A stretch of DNA of 64,000 bases, from NCBI RefSeq assembly GCF_009914755.1, contig NC_060934.1. One strand, written 5' to 3'. The number at the start of each line of letters is the position of its first letter. Position 1 is the first letter of the stretch. A program made the position numbers and the translations under genes. Shown here piece after piece: positions 41,231-55,955 of the stretch. This DNA is from the human T2T-CHM13v2.0 reference genome, Homo sapiens. The notes beneath the pieces are model-generated. The model made no database searches. It was not told where the DNA came from and was given only the letters and a program-made list of their open reading frames with translations.

Positions 41231-44200
41231 TAAGAAAGAGTTTCAGGACCTTGGACAGCTGTATCCTGCCAGGCAGTAGGAAGGGAAAAATAAAAAATTG
41301 AGACAATGTTTGTAAATAATTAATTTTTACTAAAGACACAAACATGTGGAAGGAATCAGAAAGGATAAATCACAAACCATCAAAGAAAACTGCAATTCTT
41401 GTGTAAAATAGTGTTCTTGAACCAAAATGACTTTACAGGGTCCAGGTAGAAGTAGACAAGGTTTGTTGCACAATAGTGGTTTACATTTATTCTTTTAACA
41501 AAGACACCCTCTGGATTTAGACTACTCTGCAGTTCCACACACACACACAAAAAAATGTTCTTTGAGTTTTCTAGAAAAGGCATGACCTTCTAGGTCTAGA
41601 TTTTACTCTTCCACTTTTGATAGAAAGATACTTATGACATAATTGCATTTTCCTTTTTATTCTGCTATAAGAAAAGCAAAATTATAATAAATGGAAACTT
41701 CATAAGACAGATGACAACATGAAGGCTAAATAAAGCACATCTGTGGAACAATTTTGGCACATATAATATCAACCTGCAACTGATACAATTAACAGAAAAA
41801 ATATACAAGATATGAAACTTTCTGTCTGGCTTACTTCAAAACTAAGCTCAAATTAATTCTCAGGCCATAATGTGCTATGATGTATGGGATATTTAAGGGA
41901 GAGAGAACTCTTCACTATTTTTCATCAGGCTTCCTAGTTCCCAGCTAAATTATATTCACAAATTTCCGTTTTGCAAAGCACCTGTTGACCTGATCACTAT
42001 AATTCATGTAAGGCAAAGAACGATTGCAATTACCTGGATAATTCATGAAGAGCAGGGCATTCACATAGCATTTAGGACACTTCATTGTCATTTTCATTAC
42101 AATGTAGGCAAATTATTTATTGAAAAACCAGATAAAGCAGTTCACATTTATCAGACAAAACCACAGAAGCACTGTGAAAATGCTTCAACCTTTTCTGTCA
42201 AATGTGGTATTTCAGTCAGTTAATCATTGCAAGCACCTTTCATTAAGCAAAGGAGTCTGACTGTGAAGGACTAAAGCCAAGCAAAATCAATCAATTATGG
42301 GAAAACAGAAAATGCCTACATTTATCTAGTTTATTTATAATTGATTAGTCACTGAACATCAAAAACAAGAGAGAAATTTTTTTCTATTAATAAAGTAAAC
42401 GATTTTCATATTTTAAAAAAATAGGGATGCCTTTTAGGCATCTGTTTCCTCTTATATATGGTTGTTGACTTGATTATTTTAAACTTCTAGCTTTAGAGTT
42501 CAGCCTGCTACAGTCAGAAGCCAGTTTTTCAAACCATCCCACTGCCACTTCTGCACCATCCAGTGAGCTTTGTACCATGCTCTTTCCAAAGAGAATGGTG
42601 AGTGCTGGACTTTGGTTGAGTGCTGTGACTTTGGTGAGTGCTTTCAGAAAGGCAAATAAGGCATAATGTCAGAAATATTTACAGTTGCCAGCAATTCCAT
42701 CTCTGAGCTAAAGTTATAAATACTTGACTAAATTCCAAAGGAATATTTATGAGGTTTTTCCCTGGAGAAAAAATTGCAATCTCTAAAAATGTGGTTAAAA
42801 AGAAATCTAGTTTGGAAAATGTGTTTCTTTTTGGTTTCACAGAACTTTGGAATCTGTGGTACAAGAAGCCCTAGGGCTCATCTCTTCTGACCCTTACCCC
42901 TGCCTCGGTGCCACATACAAAACTTAGAGCCTTGGGCTACTCTTAGTTGCTTTGGCTAAAGGCCTTGTTGGTAGGTCCTGCTTCTGGGTATTGTGGCTAA
43001 ACCCTGTACATTAATTATGAACTAGAACAAGATCACTGTAAATTCTAGACGACTAAACAAATTGGTTTCCAAAGCACATATTTTTGCAATTTATTAACCA
43101 TATGGGCAATCAGAGATACCAAATGTCATTAGTGCATATTTCATTATATATCCTGATTTCTATATTTGCTTTCCTAGAGTATAACATAGTATGTATTACT
43201 AAAGAACATAATGAAGAAAGGACCTAGTGATTTATAATAAAAAACTGATAGAATAGATAGCTAATAGTAATTAGGAAGTTTTCCCCCAAGTGGAAATTTT
43301 GCTCTATTTAGTTATTTTATTTTGTTTTTTTATTGAGGTGAAATTCACTTAACACAAAATTACCCACTTTAAAGTGAACAAAATAGTGTTATCTTTCTTG
43401 ATATTTTAAAGCCTAGACTGGCTAACCATGCCATACCAGTGCTAAAACTGAAAGCTGCAATCAGTTAAAATGTTTTGTATTTTATGTTATGTTTATGCCA
43501 AATAAAAAGTTCAACTGATTTTTTTTTCCATTTAACTGACTATATTAGATACAGTTGACTCAAATTGACTGACTATTCAGGATATGCTTATATAACACTA
43601 AACTAACAGATCGACCAGAGGAAAAACAACAGTCAAGTCAATTGTGTTCTCATACATTTAGCTAATGAACATTTTAGTCTACCATTGTGCTGTCTTAGAG
43701 ATATAAGTCAGCAGTCATTCCATTGAACCCTAAGACCTTCACAAAGAGTACTGTGCACTTGCTCACAGGACTTGACCTTATTATCTCCATCGTCACTCGG
43801 AGTTTGCAACATGGCTTTGACAACACTGTGTTCAGCTTTTCTGCTTCTGCCCAGGGAAGAATTATACCATCATATTTGACTCCTCCATATTAAGCATGAG
43901 CCTAGGCAGTGAGTGGCAAAATTGATAACATTTATATAAAGTCTGTTCTGTGGAATCTCCAAATTTGCTAATCAGAATCTTTCTCCTTCTTTGTTATAGT
44001 CTGGATGACCATTAAATTTCTGTATCTCTGCATGCTCAGGCCTGGATGCAAGCTCCTAAACCTTTCTCAACTCCAATTAACCTAGTGCTTTATGCCCAGT
44101 ACCTTCTTGATTGCTTTTGATAATATAATAAACAATTCAGTACTACAAAGTCAAAGGCTGTTAACAAATGACACTTCACATTACTGTTGCACTTCAGCCT

Positions 44201-44359
44201 CAGAGACACACAGGGGGAACTAGTGAGAGGATTCTCAGACATCTTTCTAGGTTTGGGGCACCTACTTCCCTTCTGTGCTCTTGTAATAATTGTGGGCTGT
44301 TACCCTGATGAGGCAGATCTTGAGAATGTGTTTATTTTAAGCTTAAGAAATTACAAATG

Positions 44360-44505
44360 TTATTCCAAAGGAGGAACTTTCACTCCAGAATCACCTGTGC
44401 AGCTTTTCAAATGAAAAACACCCATGCCTGTGACCCACCTCCAGGCACCTGTGGATTTTGAAAGCACCCAGGTGAGTTTTAGCCACAGATAGGGTTGATT
44501 TCTTC
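44360..44505. mobile_element. MER5A fragment
   Basis: cagaatcacctgtgcagcttt..aagcacccaggtga. Confidence 0.5.
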
Positions 44506-46825
44506 TTGAAAAGTTCTAGTCATTAGATGATTACTGAGGACCAACCTAAATCTTAAGTTCAATGATGTGCAATTAAGCATTTATCTTGCCACAATCATGA
44601 GAGAAAATTACATCTCACAGTCTGCTCTGTTAGCCTTTTCTAGGACCCCATGAATCTTGGGCAAAGATTTTTAGTACCAAATGTGATATCTGAATTTTAA
44701 ATCCAGATTTCATTTTCCTCCTAATATTCACCATTGACGAATGAGAGGTTGAGATCTTAGTGACTCCACTCCATTACTGAAATGAATTGAAACGCTTCAA
44801 AAAAGCATCCCCTACTAAGCCATCAATAATGTAAAAACATGTTCCCTGTGGATTGCAAAATAGATGTCTATTTCGATGGGAACATCCTGTGTGGCTCTTG
44901 TGTGGGGGGGTAGACTCATTTAATTAAGAGAGCTCCTCATCTCTGTCAGAGCAAAGTCATTCCAAACTCGCTCAACAAATCTTAACAAGAGCACGTCTGC
45001 CACCCAGCGTTCAAAGCCAGCATAAAATTCTGTCAGCATTCAAAGAGAAGCAGCTCCTCTATTTCAATTTTACTTTCCATAGCTAAAGTCAATTCAGGAG
45101 AGTAGGGGTAGGCTTGGCAGTAATACAAAGAGGTATTATGTTGATGCAAAACCTATAGAAATGCAAACATTTGCACTCATTACTTACTCACTTACTGGAT
45201 ACTATGAAAATCAATCCAAAACATCGTGATTCATGTGCCTGATGCTCATTCTCATTAAATTGGCTCCACAAAATTGGCAACCAGAAGTACGTAGGCTTAC
45301 AGAGCCCACGCTTGGGGCAAGCAGCTATATGTGGTGACTCCATGCATGTTTATAAACTTGAAAAATGTTGCTCTTCATTGGCTGATGGTAATTTACATTT
45401 CAAAGAGGATAATAGTGAGGACTGCCATATTTTGGTGCTGAAATTCACATTTCACAGAATACAATTTACGTCAGAATGTTATGTCACTACAAAACGCCTC
45501 AGGCTCACAGCTCACTGAACTAAATAACTCTGTCTCCCCAGGTGATGATGATCAAGACTTAATCGCTCATCTAGTTTTTCTCAGCTGGAAATTAAACCTG
45601 AATTTACTTACAAGGAGTTGTTGAGGAATAGCTGGGACAGGCAAGAGTAAAAGGTCTTGTGGAAGCAATGATGCGGATGTATCTTTGCAATATAATGTCC
45701 TTTCCTCCAGCCAAAGTAAGAACCATGTTATAGCGAAAAAGTCTACGGATGGATCACCAGGTAAAGGATTCAGAGACAGGAGCCTATGGGGATAACTAGC
45801 ACATTCTTCCTCATGGTCTCACCTCCAAAATGCAGTATACCCTCTTTGCAGTCTCCAAGGTTAAACATAAAGTATCTATGACCCATTGGGAGCAAACAAA
45901 AAATGGCCACCATGGGAATTTATCCAGCCACCACTGTGAAAGTGGTGTAAACCTGACCCTTCCACTAGTTGCATACTTGGCCACAGAGGGAACTAGCAGG
46001 CCAGCTCCTGTGCTTATCTACATCATTACTCCCATTTAGAGATAGCACTAGCTGTCTCACACCAAAGTTGTTGCTCTTCCCAGTACCCTGCACAATCAGA
46101 CTGGAGGGGTCTAGAGGTCTTCCAGACATGTGGGGAATTCCAGCTCTCTGTTCATCCTTGGCACCGCAAGCAACCTTGGCTGTAAGCACTAGAAAAAAAA
46201 GACTAAAAACTCCAAAGCAATGTGCTTCAAACATTAGACTTATTTGTTGATATAATATGGTACCAGCACTTTCCTGATCTAAATCCATATGAACAAGAAG
46301 TCACCTAAGATTCTTTGTCTCAGGGCAGGATTTTAACAATAGCCTCTTAAGTAATATCCTTCAGGCCATTAGTGCTTCCTCCAAATCCATTATGTTCTAA
46401 ATACACTTTTCTACATACCTACTTTACCATGATACATTCATGCTTTTGCATTTCTCTGGTCGTCTAGAATAAAATCCATACTGCCTACTGAGGTATTTGA
46501 GGCTTTTCTCAATCTCACCTCCATCAAGACATTCAGGCTTTTCTGATGCTCCATTTCATGAATCTTCCTTTCTAATCAGTCACATATGTCTACTTACTAG
46601 AAAAATTTGCTGGCTTACATTCTTCTGCTCCTTCACGGCTATATGCCTCAAATCTGGAGTGCCCTTGCCAATGCTCCCTGCTTGTCCAGATGTTAACCAT
46701 ACTTTTCTAGTCTCAGTTTTTAATCTGATCTCCTTTATGAGAACTTCATCATGTTAGCTGTCACTGATGACTCTCACAACGGTATTCCTCCAGCCCTTAT
46801 AGTCAGCATCAGTTGGTAGAATGAG

Positions 46826-46875
<50 letters not shown>
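46826..46875. repeat. (TG)n microsatellite
   Basis: Directly visible. Confidence 0.96.
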
Positions 46876-46876
<1 letters not shown>

Positions 46877-46889
46877 CCCATTGCACTGA

Positions 46890-47227
<338 letters not shown>

Positions 47228-47389
47228 CCAACTCAACATTAAAATACATTTATTGAGAATCTACTTTGTGCCAGGCACTGTGCTCTGCACTATCTTATAC
47301 TTCTTTTAACCCTCAACACAACATCTGATGCCCAGCTGGGCTTAAATTGTGTATTCAAGTAATATTTCTAGAACAAAGAAAAAATGAAC

Positions 47390-47620
47390 ACTATTTGAAG
47401 GCATAATCCATGTCAAGCCCTGTAGTAGATGTTTCTATGTGCACTGCTTTATTTAATCATAAAAACCACCCTAGAGGGTAGGTATAATTTTCCCATTTTT
47501 GAGGATAAGAATCTGATATTCTAAGAACTTAAACAATTTACCAAAGAACACCTAAAAACATGGCCAAGTTCAGATCAAAGCTAGTGGATCCTGTCTCCAA
47601 AATATGTTATACTCTACAGT
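47390..47620 (-). mobile_element. MIR
   Basis: tttaatcat..gtaggtataattttcccatttttgaggataagaatctga. Confidence 0.6.
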
Positions 47621-47658
47621 TGTCTTGTCTTTATCACAGCTAAACTTTTCCTCTGTCT

Positions 47659-48887
47659 AAACTGGCTAGCCATATATAGAAAGCTGAAACTGGATCCCTT
47701 CCTTACACCTTATAAAAAAATTAACTCAAGATGGATTAAAGACTTAAATGTAAGACCTAAAACCATAAAAATCCTAGAAGAAAACCTAGGCAATACCATC
47801 CAGGACACAGGCATGGGCAAAGACTTCATGACTAAAACACCAAAAGCAACAGCAACAAAAGCCAAAATAAACAAATGGGATCTAATTAAACTAAAGAGCT
47901 TCTGCACGGCAAAAGAAACTATCATCAGAGTGAACAGGCAACCTATAAAATAGGACAAAATTTTTGCAATCTATCCACCTGACAAAAGGCTAATATCCAG
48001 AATCTACAAAGAACTTAAACAATTTTACAAGAAAAAACAAACATCCCCATCAAAAAGTGGGCAAAGGATATGAACAGACACTTCTAAAAAGAAAACATTT
48101 ATGCACCCAACAGACATATGAAAAAATGCTCATCATCACTGGTCATCAGAGAAATGCAAATCAAAACCACAATGAAATACCATCTCACACCAATCAGAAT
48201 GATGATCATTAAAAAGTCAGGAAACAACAGGTGCTGGAGAGGATGTGGAGAAATAGGAATGCTTTTACACTGTTGGAGGGGGTGGAAACTAGTTCAACCA
48301 TTGTGGAAAAGAGTGTTACAATTCCTCAAGGATCTACAACTAGAAATACCATTTGACCTGGCAATCGTATTACTGGATATATACCCAAAGGATTATAAAA
48401 CATGCTACTATAAAGACACATGCACACGTATGTTTATTGTGGCACTATTCACAATAGCAAAGACTTGGAACCAATCCACATGTCCATCAATAATAGACTG
48501 GATAAAGAAAATGTGGCACATACACACCATGGAATACTATGCAGCCATAAGAAAGGATGATTTCACGTCCTTTGCAGGGACATGGATGAAGCTGGAAACC
48601 ATCATTCTTAGCAAAATATCACAAGGACAGAAAACCAAACTCCACATGTTCTCACTCATAAGTGGGAGTTGAACAATGAGAACACATGGACACAGGGAGG
48701 GGAGCATGACACACTGGGACCTGTTTTGGGGGTAGGAGGCTGGGGGAGGGATAACATCAGGAGAAATGCCTAATTTAAATGATGAGTTGATGGATGCAGC
48801 AAACCACCATGGCACATGTATACCTATGTAACAAACCTGCACATTGTGCACATGTACCCTAGAACTTAAAGCATAATAATAATAATA
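47659..48887 (+). mobile_element. L1PA6/7-like, 5'-truncated (~1.2 kb)
   Basis: ORF2 C-terminus (ORF 48118-48672), 3' UTR and (TAA)n tail; 17-bp TSD aaacttttcctctgtct / aaaattttcctctgcct. Confidence 0.95.
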
Positions 48888-50009
48888 AAAATTTTCCTCT
48901 GCCTTTTTCCCCTGCCTAACATAAGCATTTAGATAAGTTGGTAAGAGATCCCATGAGAAAAATCTTTCTTCTTTCAAATAAATGCCATCTTGTAAGGAGA
49001 ACTTCTCCTTCCATCACCAAACTGTGCAGTAAATTAGTGCATCCGAGTTCAAGTTACAAACTAGATGATGCAAACTTGTTATAAAATAGTGATATAAATT
49101 TAGGTGCTAATACTATGTTTGAATCTTTAAGAATGTGGTAGTAGGAAGAATTTTTTTCTAAAAGTTAAGCCTACAGATTTAACTACCAGATTACAGAAAA
49201 CTTGGGGGTCTAGGGACAAGCCGAGCAACACCTTGAAGAATCAATAAGCCAAACCCAAAATAGGGAGCACATTATTGGACAAATGACCCAATTTGACAAT
49301 AGATCAGCAGCCCAGAAGTCAGTAGCTAAGCTAGTACTGAGCCCAGGCAGTCTGTAGTTTGCTCTAAAATCTGGGCTTGTAACCTCTACACTGTGTATAA
49401 TGTTGTATTTCTCCCTTGACGGTAGTAGAGTCCTTAGCCCAATAGAAAAAAAAATTTTATATATATATATATATGTATGTATGTATATGGCAATCTAATG
49501 CCATTTAAACTTAAATTAGAAACTGAACAACTTCACTTTTTGTCTCCAAAACAGTCATTTATAATGCCTAGCTATTTCCCAGTAGTATAAATACTGCTGA
49601 CAGCATGACTCAGTGCCATGACGAGAAATTAAACCACAAAACCATTCTTAGGCGACCATTACTGATATCCGCAAGCCTGGGACGGTTGCCATGATTCTAA
49701 CAATGTGTGTTCACTATTGTCTCACGCCACACTCCTTCTGGTTATGCAACATGACCACTGTACAATAATTGAATTTCCTTTCTACTAGGTTGAACAATAT
49801 CAGTAATAATGCATCCAGATGTTGATTTCAACATCTGCAAGCACAGTTTGTAAAGCAGTTTAAGACCATCTAATTTAAAAGTCAGTCTAACCATTGTCTG
49901 TGGTTTTAAACTCGGATGGATTAGACTATTTCCTTCCAGCAGACAAAATGTATTTCTGCCATGTGAATCCCTTGAAAAAGCTTTAGGAAGATGAAGTTCT
50001 CAAGTTTAA

Positions 50010-50182
50010 GTCATGGTTCCCACACCTGACTAACCATCAGAACTTCTAGGTCAGATTTTCAAAAACACAGGCTCCCAGCCTCCACCTTAGAAAATCTGAA
50101 TCTGAGTATGATTTTGGTGAGGCCCAAGAACTTGTAATTTTTTTAAACTCCCATGGATTTTGATGGCCAGCTAGGTTTCAGA
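50010..50182. mobile_element. MER5A, degenerate
   Basis: catggttccc..ggcccaagaacttgtaatttttttaaactccca..gccagctaggtttc. Confidence 0.55.
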
Positions 50183-50701
50183 TGCTCTGCTTCAGAAAAC
50201 AGGAGGAATCCCTCTCTTTCTCTTTGTTCTGTATTGGTTCATGAAATAGAAACTTCCACCATCAATTTTACCTTAAGTAATAGTGAATCTGACAGCCATT
50301 TGTTCCTCTTCTCCTCAATTCCTCCCACCCAAAAGAAGAGAAATAATTTGCCCCAACTGGGGAAGCCAGCGGAAGGCCCCTGAGCATGCATAGTTTGTCC
50401 TCTGGAGTCTGGTTATTGCTGTCTACCAAGCAGATCTCAGAAGTAGAGAATCTTCTCCAGTGAGCTCCTGCTTCCATACTGGAAGTCTTGAATTGCTCTG
50501 TCTTCTAGCCTTCTCTCTTGGCCCTCTGACTCTTGTTTATCTGAACTTGAAGGGTTACAAGCACACTGTGAACTTCCAATTGTCTGGAAAAGAAGCATCT
50601 ACCTTATGAATATGAACCTAATATCCTCTACATGCAATTCCCATGGTCTTGACTTGGGTGCATGTAAAAGGAGTTTCCTATACAGGCCACGAAATGGATC
50701 T

Positions 50702-51053
50702 TGCTGTGATCTGAATCTGTGCATCTCCCACCTATCAAATTTCTATATTAAAACCTAATTCCCCATGTGAGAATATTTGGAGGCCTTTGGGAAGTGATTA
50801 GGTCATGAGGGCAGAGCCCTCATGAATGGGATTAGTTCCCTTATTAAAAAGGCCCCAGAGGGTCCCTCACCCCTTTCATCGTGATACAGCAAGAAAAATC
50901 CATCTGTGAACCAAAAAAGCAGGTCCTCATCAGACACTGAATCTGCTAGCACTTTCATCTGGGAATTTCCAGGCTCCAGAGCTGTGGGAAATGTTGTTTA
51001 TAAGCCACCTGATTTATGATATTTTGTTATACCAGTCCAAATGACCTAAGAGA
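50702..51053 (+). mobile_element. MLT1A0-like solo LTR
   Basis: tgctgtgatctgaat..gagccctcatgaatgggattag..tgttgtttataagccacc..ctaagaga. Confidence 0.85.
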
Positions 51054-53879
51054 ATCCTGCATTTCATTCCCATCTGGTTCCTATATCTGCTTCTCAACTG
51101 GCTCCTCCAGATCTCCTAATTCAGACCACCTGGCATCGAGCCAAAACACATCTGCATGGTCCCATGATTCATTTGACCATCCATCAGGAAATGGTGCACA
51201 AGGAGCTCCAAAGCCAATAAAAAGTTAGAGCCTCTTGCCTGAAAGCAGGCAAGAACTTTGTGAACGGTGTCCTTTGGACTGCCTCTGACAAACCTCGCCG
51301 GTGGCATCAGCAGGTCTAGATTACAAGATGGAGTAAAGCAAGATGCATGGGTTAGAAATATTAAGATAAGGCAATTGCAGAGAACAAAAGAAAAAAGACT
51401 TTCCCTCAGTTGTCTCTAATCAGTAGAGCTAGATTCGCTAGCACCTGTAGAGGGCTAATCCTCCTAACTCTTCTTCCCTCTCTTGCTAACACACACGCTC
51501 ACACATGCACACATACACAACCCTCATTTATAAGACTATACCTGTGGCTGGGTCACTTTACCCAGAAAAAAACACATGTATTGGGCAAGTTAATTTTTCT
51601 GAATGTGTTTCAGTGTGAATTTTATATATAATAATTGTACAAAGAAGTAGCAGCTTTTCCAAAATAATTGCTGTGAAAAATACTCCACACTCCAGTTTCC
51701 TATCAGCTTTCTTTATGCAAACCCCATTACACTGCAGGTAGAAATATGTAAGTAATTTTGATGTTGCTTTAGAAAAGGGGTCCAGGTGTTTTCAGTTTAA
51801 AGATAAATGCTCTTTATGGAACCAGGTAGAGTTCTCATAAAGAAGTAAACGCACTTTTCAAAACTCTTCAACCCAAATTTTGTTGATATTGTTACAAGGA
51901 GTTTCAGAGTGGACTGGTAGAATAGCAACGAGAAAAAAAGATAAAACAAACCACTATACCAGGAATCAACTCTGATGCTAAAAGAACTAACAGCCTCCCA
52001 ATTATCTACCATCAGAGTTTAACACATATGCAATCAACATGCATCAAGCTTGAATTTGCCAACTTGAAATTGATTATAATTCACACAGTGTTTTTTTTTT
52101 AATTTGCCTATGAGGGAAAAAAAGGCTTATAAAAAACCAATAGCATTAATAGCATATATGGGAGAATGCTTCTTAGAAAATAAAAAGTGTTCAAATGCTT
52201 TTTAGAATTATTTTGCAAAAAGTAATATTCAATGAAGCAGCAAATGTTATTGTCTCATTATATAAACAAACATTCCTAGGCTATTCTTTAACAATAAAAA
52301 TTAAGGAAGGTACTAGTGTGACTTCAAAAGTGTGTCTCCAACCATAGTGGCTATTCTTTAACCCATTCTCATTCTTTTCAATGGCCTCCTACTGATCAGC
52401 AGTGCTCATCTGTCAGGACAAACAACCCTGACATAGAGTAAAGTTAATTGACCAATATTTAGATGGTCCTGAGCTGGTGAGAACTGTGCCCTGATTTGGT
52501 TAGCATAGAGTCCTAATCAAAACTAAACATAGTTATAAGTAGCTGTTTGCCCACTTTTAGAGTGTCTATTTATATACAAACAATGCAACTGTAATACACT
52601 TAGACGGGTGGTTTCATGAACTTTTCTATTTGTGGTTTCATTAAAGTAAGCATTCTAAGAGGCTTTCAGTGCAAGTGGGCGCTTGAAAAATGCAATTGAA
52701 TTCATTTACAAATTTTTGTTCAAATTTATTCCATTTATGTAGACATTACCACCCCCATTACCACTCATTTAAAACTTAAATTAGCGACATGGGACTATCA
52801 TGTTGAGTTCTGAAGAATTCCCTCTATGAAATGCTTTTTATTAATGACATAAATTATAACTGTACTTTCCTTGAAGAGCAATTATGTATTCTCCACCTTG
52901 CAACTTATAGTTAAAAATAAGCTATCTTAATGCATTGTATATACACATAAAATATTTATCAAGGATCACCAAGGATTTGGTTCTGCCACTTTTTAAATAT
53001 GCTTCACATCAAGGGCTTTGATATTCTTAAGTTATCTGGCAAGATGACATCCCAAGCAAGGTATGATTTAATCAGATATTTGGAAGTCATTCAATTTCAT
53101 ATAAGAGTGAAGGAAAGAAAACACATTAACTGGCAAAGAAAATGCATTTTCACCTGTAAAAATATTGATTTGCTCATATGAATGATTTATATTACCAGCA
53201 GAAATATCTAATTTGGACCCTTAGGGTCTATTTTGCACTATAATTTCAAACACGTGAATGTTAAATTCTTCCAAGTTACAAATTTATTCTTCTCTTGCGT
53301 CAAAAATGTATTCCTCTATGTGATTTTTCTCAACTTCAGCACAAACAATTTATTGCTAGATGCCTTTATAAGACAGCAGAAAATATGCTTACCTCTTTTA
53401 TATCCTTTTAATCAGAAATGGACTGGAATCCATAGGGAATATTTAGTCATATTTGGAGGGGAGAAAGTTAAACTAACTTGCCATTTTCTTATGAAAACGT
53501 CGAGAAAGGAACCCTTCTAAATAACTTATGTTGTTTGTTAAATCTCTCTACCTAGAGAGAAAGCCAATAATTGAATAATGGTGATAAGAAAAACATATCC
53601 TTATGTGTTTTCTGCATGACTCATAAGAAAAAGGATTAAAAAGGAAAATTCTTATCCCATAGTCACAAGAAACAGGACAACACTACCCCAGTATTGTCAT
53701 TTGTGGAGGGACCTCCTTGGAAGGAAATCAGCATCCTCATCCATTGCAAGATAATCTTCAGTTATAGGATTCATATAGTATTTTATCACAGCCACACTAA
53801 AAGAATTATGCTATTTAAATTACAATGTATTTTAATATTTTTATATCTTAAAGATGGATGTTGATGGCTGTCTTTTTAG

Positions 53880-54025
53880 CCCACCCCCTTCATTTTACAA
53901 ATGAGGAAACTAAGGCCTAGGGAGGGTAAATGACTTGCTCAAGGTTACAAAATTCATGCTACAGGGGGTAGCGAACTCCATGTCACCTGGCTTTTAATCT
54001 AAGATTCTCTCTAAGTCATGCATCT
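53880..54025 (-). mobile_element. MIR
   Basis: cattttacaaatgaggaaactaaggcctag..tgacttgctcaaggttaca. Confidence 0.8.
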
Positions 54026-54108
54026 GCTAACTCAGCTAGCTAGCTTGGGACAAAGGATCTAGCCAACATTTATTGAGGGCTTACTATGAGCAGAGACAAG
54101 GAAGCCTA

Positions 54109-54829
54109 TGTGCCAGTTATCAATCTATTGCTTAGCTCCAAATTCACCCTTCAATACATGCTCTGCATTAATGGATGAATTTCCGCATGCGTTTTTCTTG
54201 TGCAGTGAGCATGATATTAAGCTTTTACTAAGGAGGACATTGCAGCAATATCCCAAAAGGAAAGGACTCCTCTTATTTTTCCTGTGACTGCACAGTCAGT
54301 CAGGGGTGTTATGTGAGGGTGTGTATAGTGCTTGACCCCAGCCATACACTTAGAAGACATGGTCTCTTGACCTTGAAGCTCTGGCCTTACCTAGTGCTCA
54401 CCTTCCCAGAACCCTATCAACACTGACACTGGCCTGTTCTGATGCCATTGCTCCCTCTGCATACCGACATGCCCTGCCTAGCCACTAGCTGCTGCTCACC
54501 TGTTCCTCCTCTTCTCCTAAAGAGTTGCTTCCTCCTTGCCCAGAGACTGCAGACCAGCTCTGGCCCACACAAACCAGCAAAATTATCTGCCATCCAATGG
54601 GCTACAAGTACACCTTCTCCAATAACGTCTGAACCTCGGTCTAAAGAGGGAGCCCCCAAGTATGCATTTGTCCTTCCTGTGTACTCCTCCTCAGCCCCAG
54701 GGTACCCTGTAAGGTTTTTCTTATATCTTATAGTTACCCTTTATCATAGCTTAATAATTCTTTATATTATATGTCCCTATTTGAATCATTGTGTGGCTTC
54801 CATCTCCTGACTGGACCCAGGCTGAGACA
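54109..54829 (+). mobile_element. ERVL-class solo LTR (MER54/MER74/LTR53 group), inserted in L2
   Basis: tgtgccagttatcaat..ctccaaattcacccttc..tctcctgactggaccc..gagaca, with TG..CA ends. Confidence 0.65.
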
Positions 54830-55684
54830 GCTTGCCAGAGATGGAGTCATGGCCCAGTCTAAGAATCATGGCACCAAGAACAAAGGTAAGTGAAAAAAAA
54901 AAACTCCCTTTTTAGATATAGTGGAGTAAATCGAGTCACCCAAGGAATATCACTGTTCAGCTATACAACAGGGGCTCTGTTTTGCTGAGTAGAGTACACA
55001 AGCTTGGGAGAGAAGCAAATTGTTCAGGATCAGAGCAAAGATTTGATATTCTAAGAGTTAAAAGAAGTGAAAGAAGGATGAAGCATGAGACAGCTGGAAA
55101 GGTAAACAACAGATCATCAAATGCAGACTTTGGTTGTTCTGTTGTGCCACATAGATACTCATCTATGTGTCCTCAGTAAAATACTCAAGTCTCATTGATG
55201 TGGGAACAATTTGGATATATCTGGGGGCTGCATCAAGGTGAGTCCAGCCTCAAGGCAGACCCAGAGCAAGAACAGTCTGTCCACAGGATCACTGCTACCC
55301 TAGGCTTGTATCAATCCTATGCAGAGGCCCAGTGGTGTGCTGCGAATGAGTCTTGGTTATGCAGACTTGTGAATCCCTTCAGGCTTTAGATGAAGCCTGA
55401 AGCAGCCAAAGCCTCAAGCCAGTTGCCTCTGGCTGCAAAGAGCCAGATTCAGATCTTGAAGGTTTATGAAAGGAGCAAGGGAGAGGAGACAAAAAGTGAT
55501 CATCAATCTTACCACCTAAAATGTAGTTTTGTAACTTAACAAACAGAGAGCTTTCTGATGACATAGTTACTGAAGGACAAAAGTGGAGTGGGGCATGAGC
55601 ATGTTATTCTGGGAAAGCCTCATAAAGAATGTGAGTTCTCCAAATCTGATTGATGTTGTGGAATTTAAAAAAAAAAGAATCATC

Positions 55685-55955
55685 GCTGAGCACGGTGGCT
55701 CACACCTGTAATCCCAGCACTTTGGGGGCTGAGGCGGGCAGATCACAAGATCAGGAGATCGAGACCATCCTGGCTAACACGGTGAAACCCCGTTTCTACA
55801 AAAAAATACAAAAAAAAATTAGCCGGGCGTGGTGGCAGACGCCTGTAGTCCCAGGTACTCGGGAGGCTGAGGCAGGAGAATGGCGTGAACCCAGGAGGCG
55901 GAGCTTGCAGTGAGCCAAGATTGCGCCACTGCACTCCAGCCAAAAAAAAAAAAAG
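55685..55955 (+). mobile_element. AluY lacking the last ~25 nt before the tail
   Basis: ctggctaacacggtg and gaatggcgtgaaccc; TSD gaatcatc. Confidence 0.92.
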
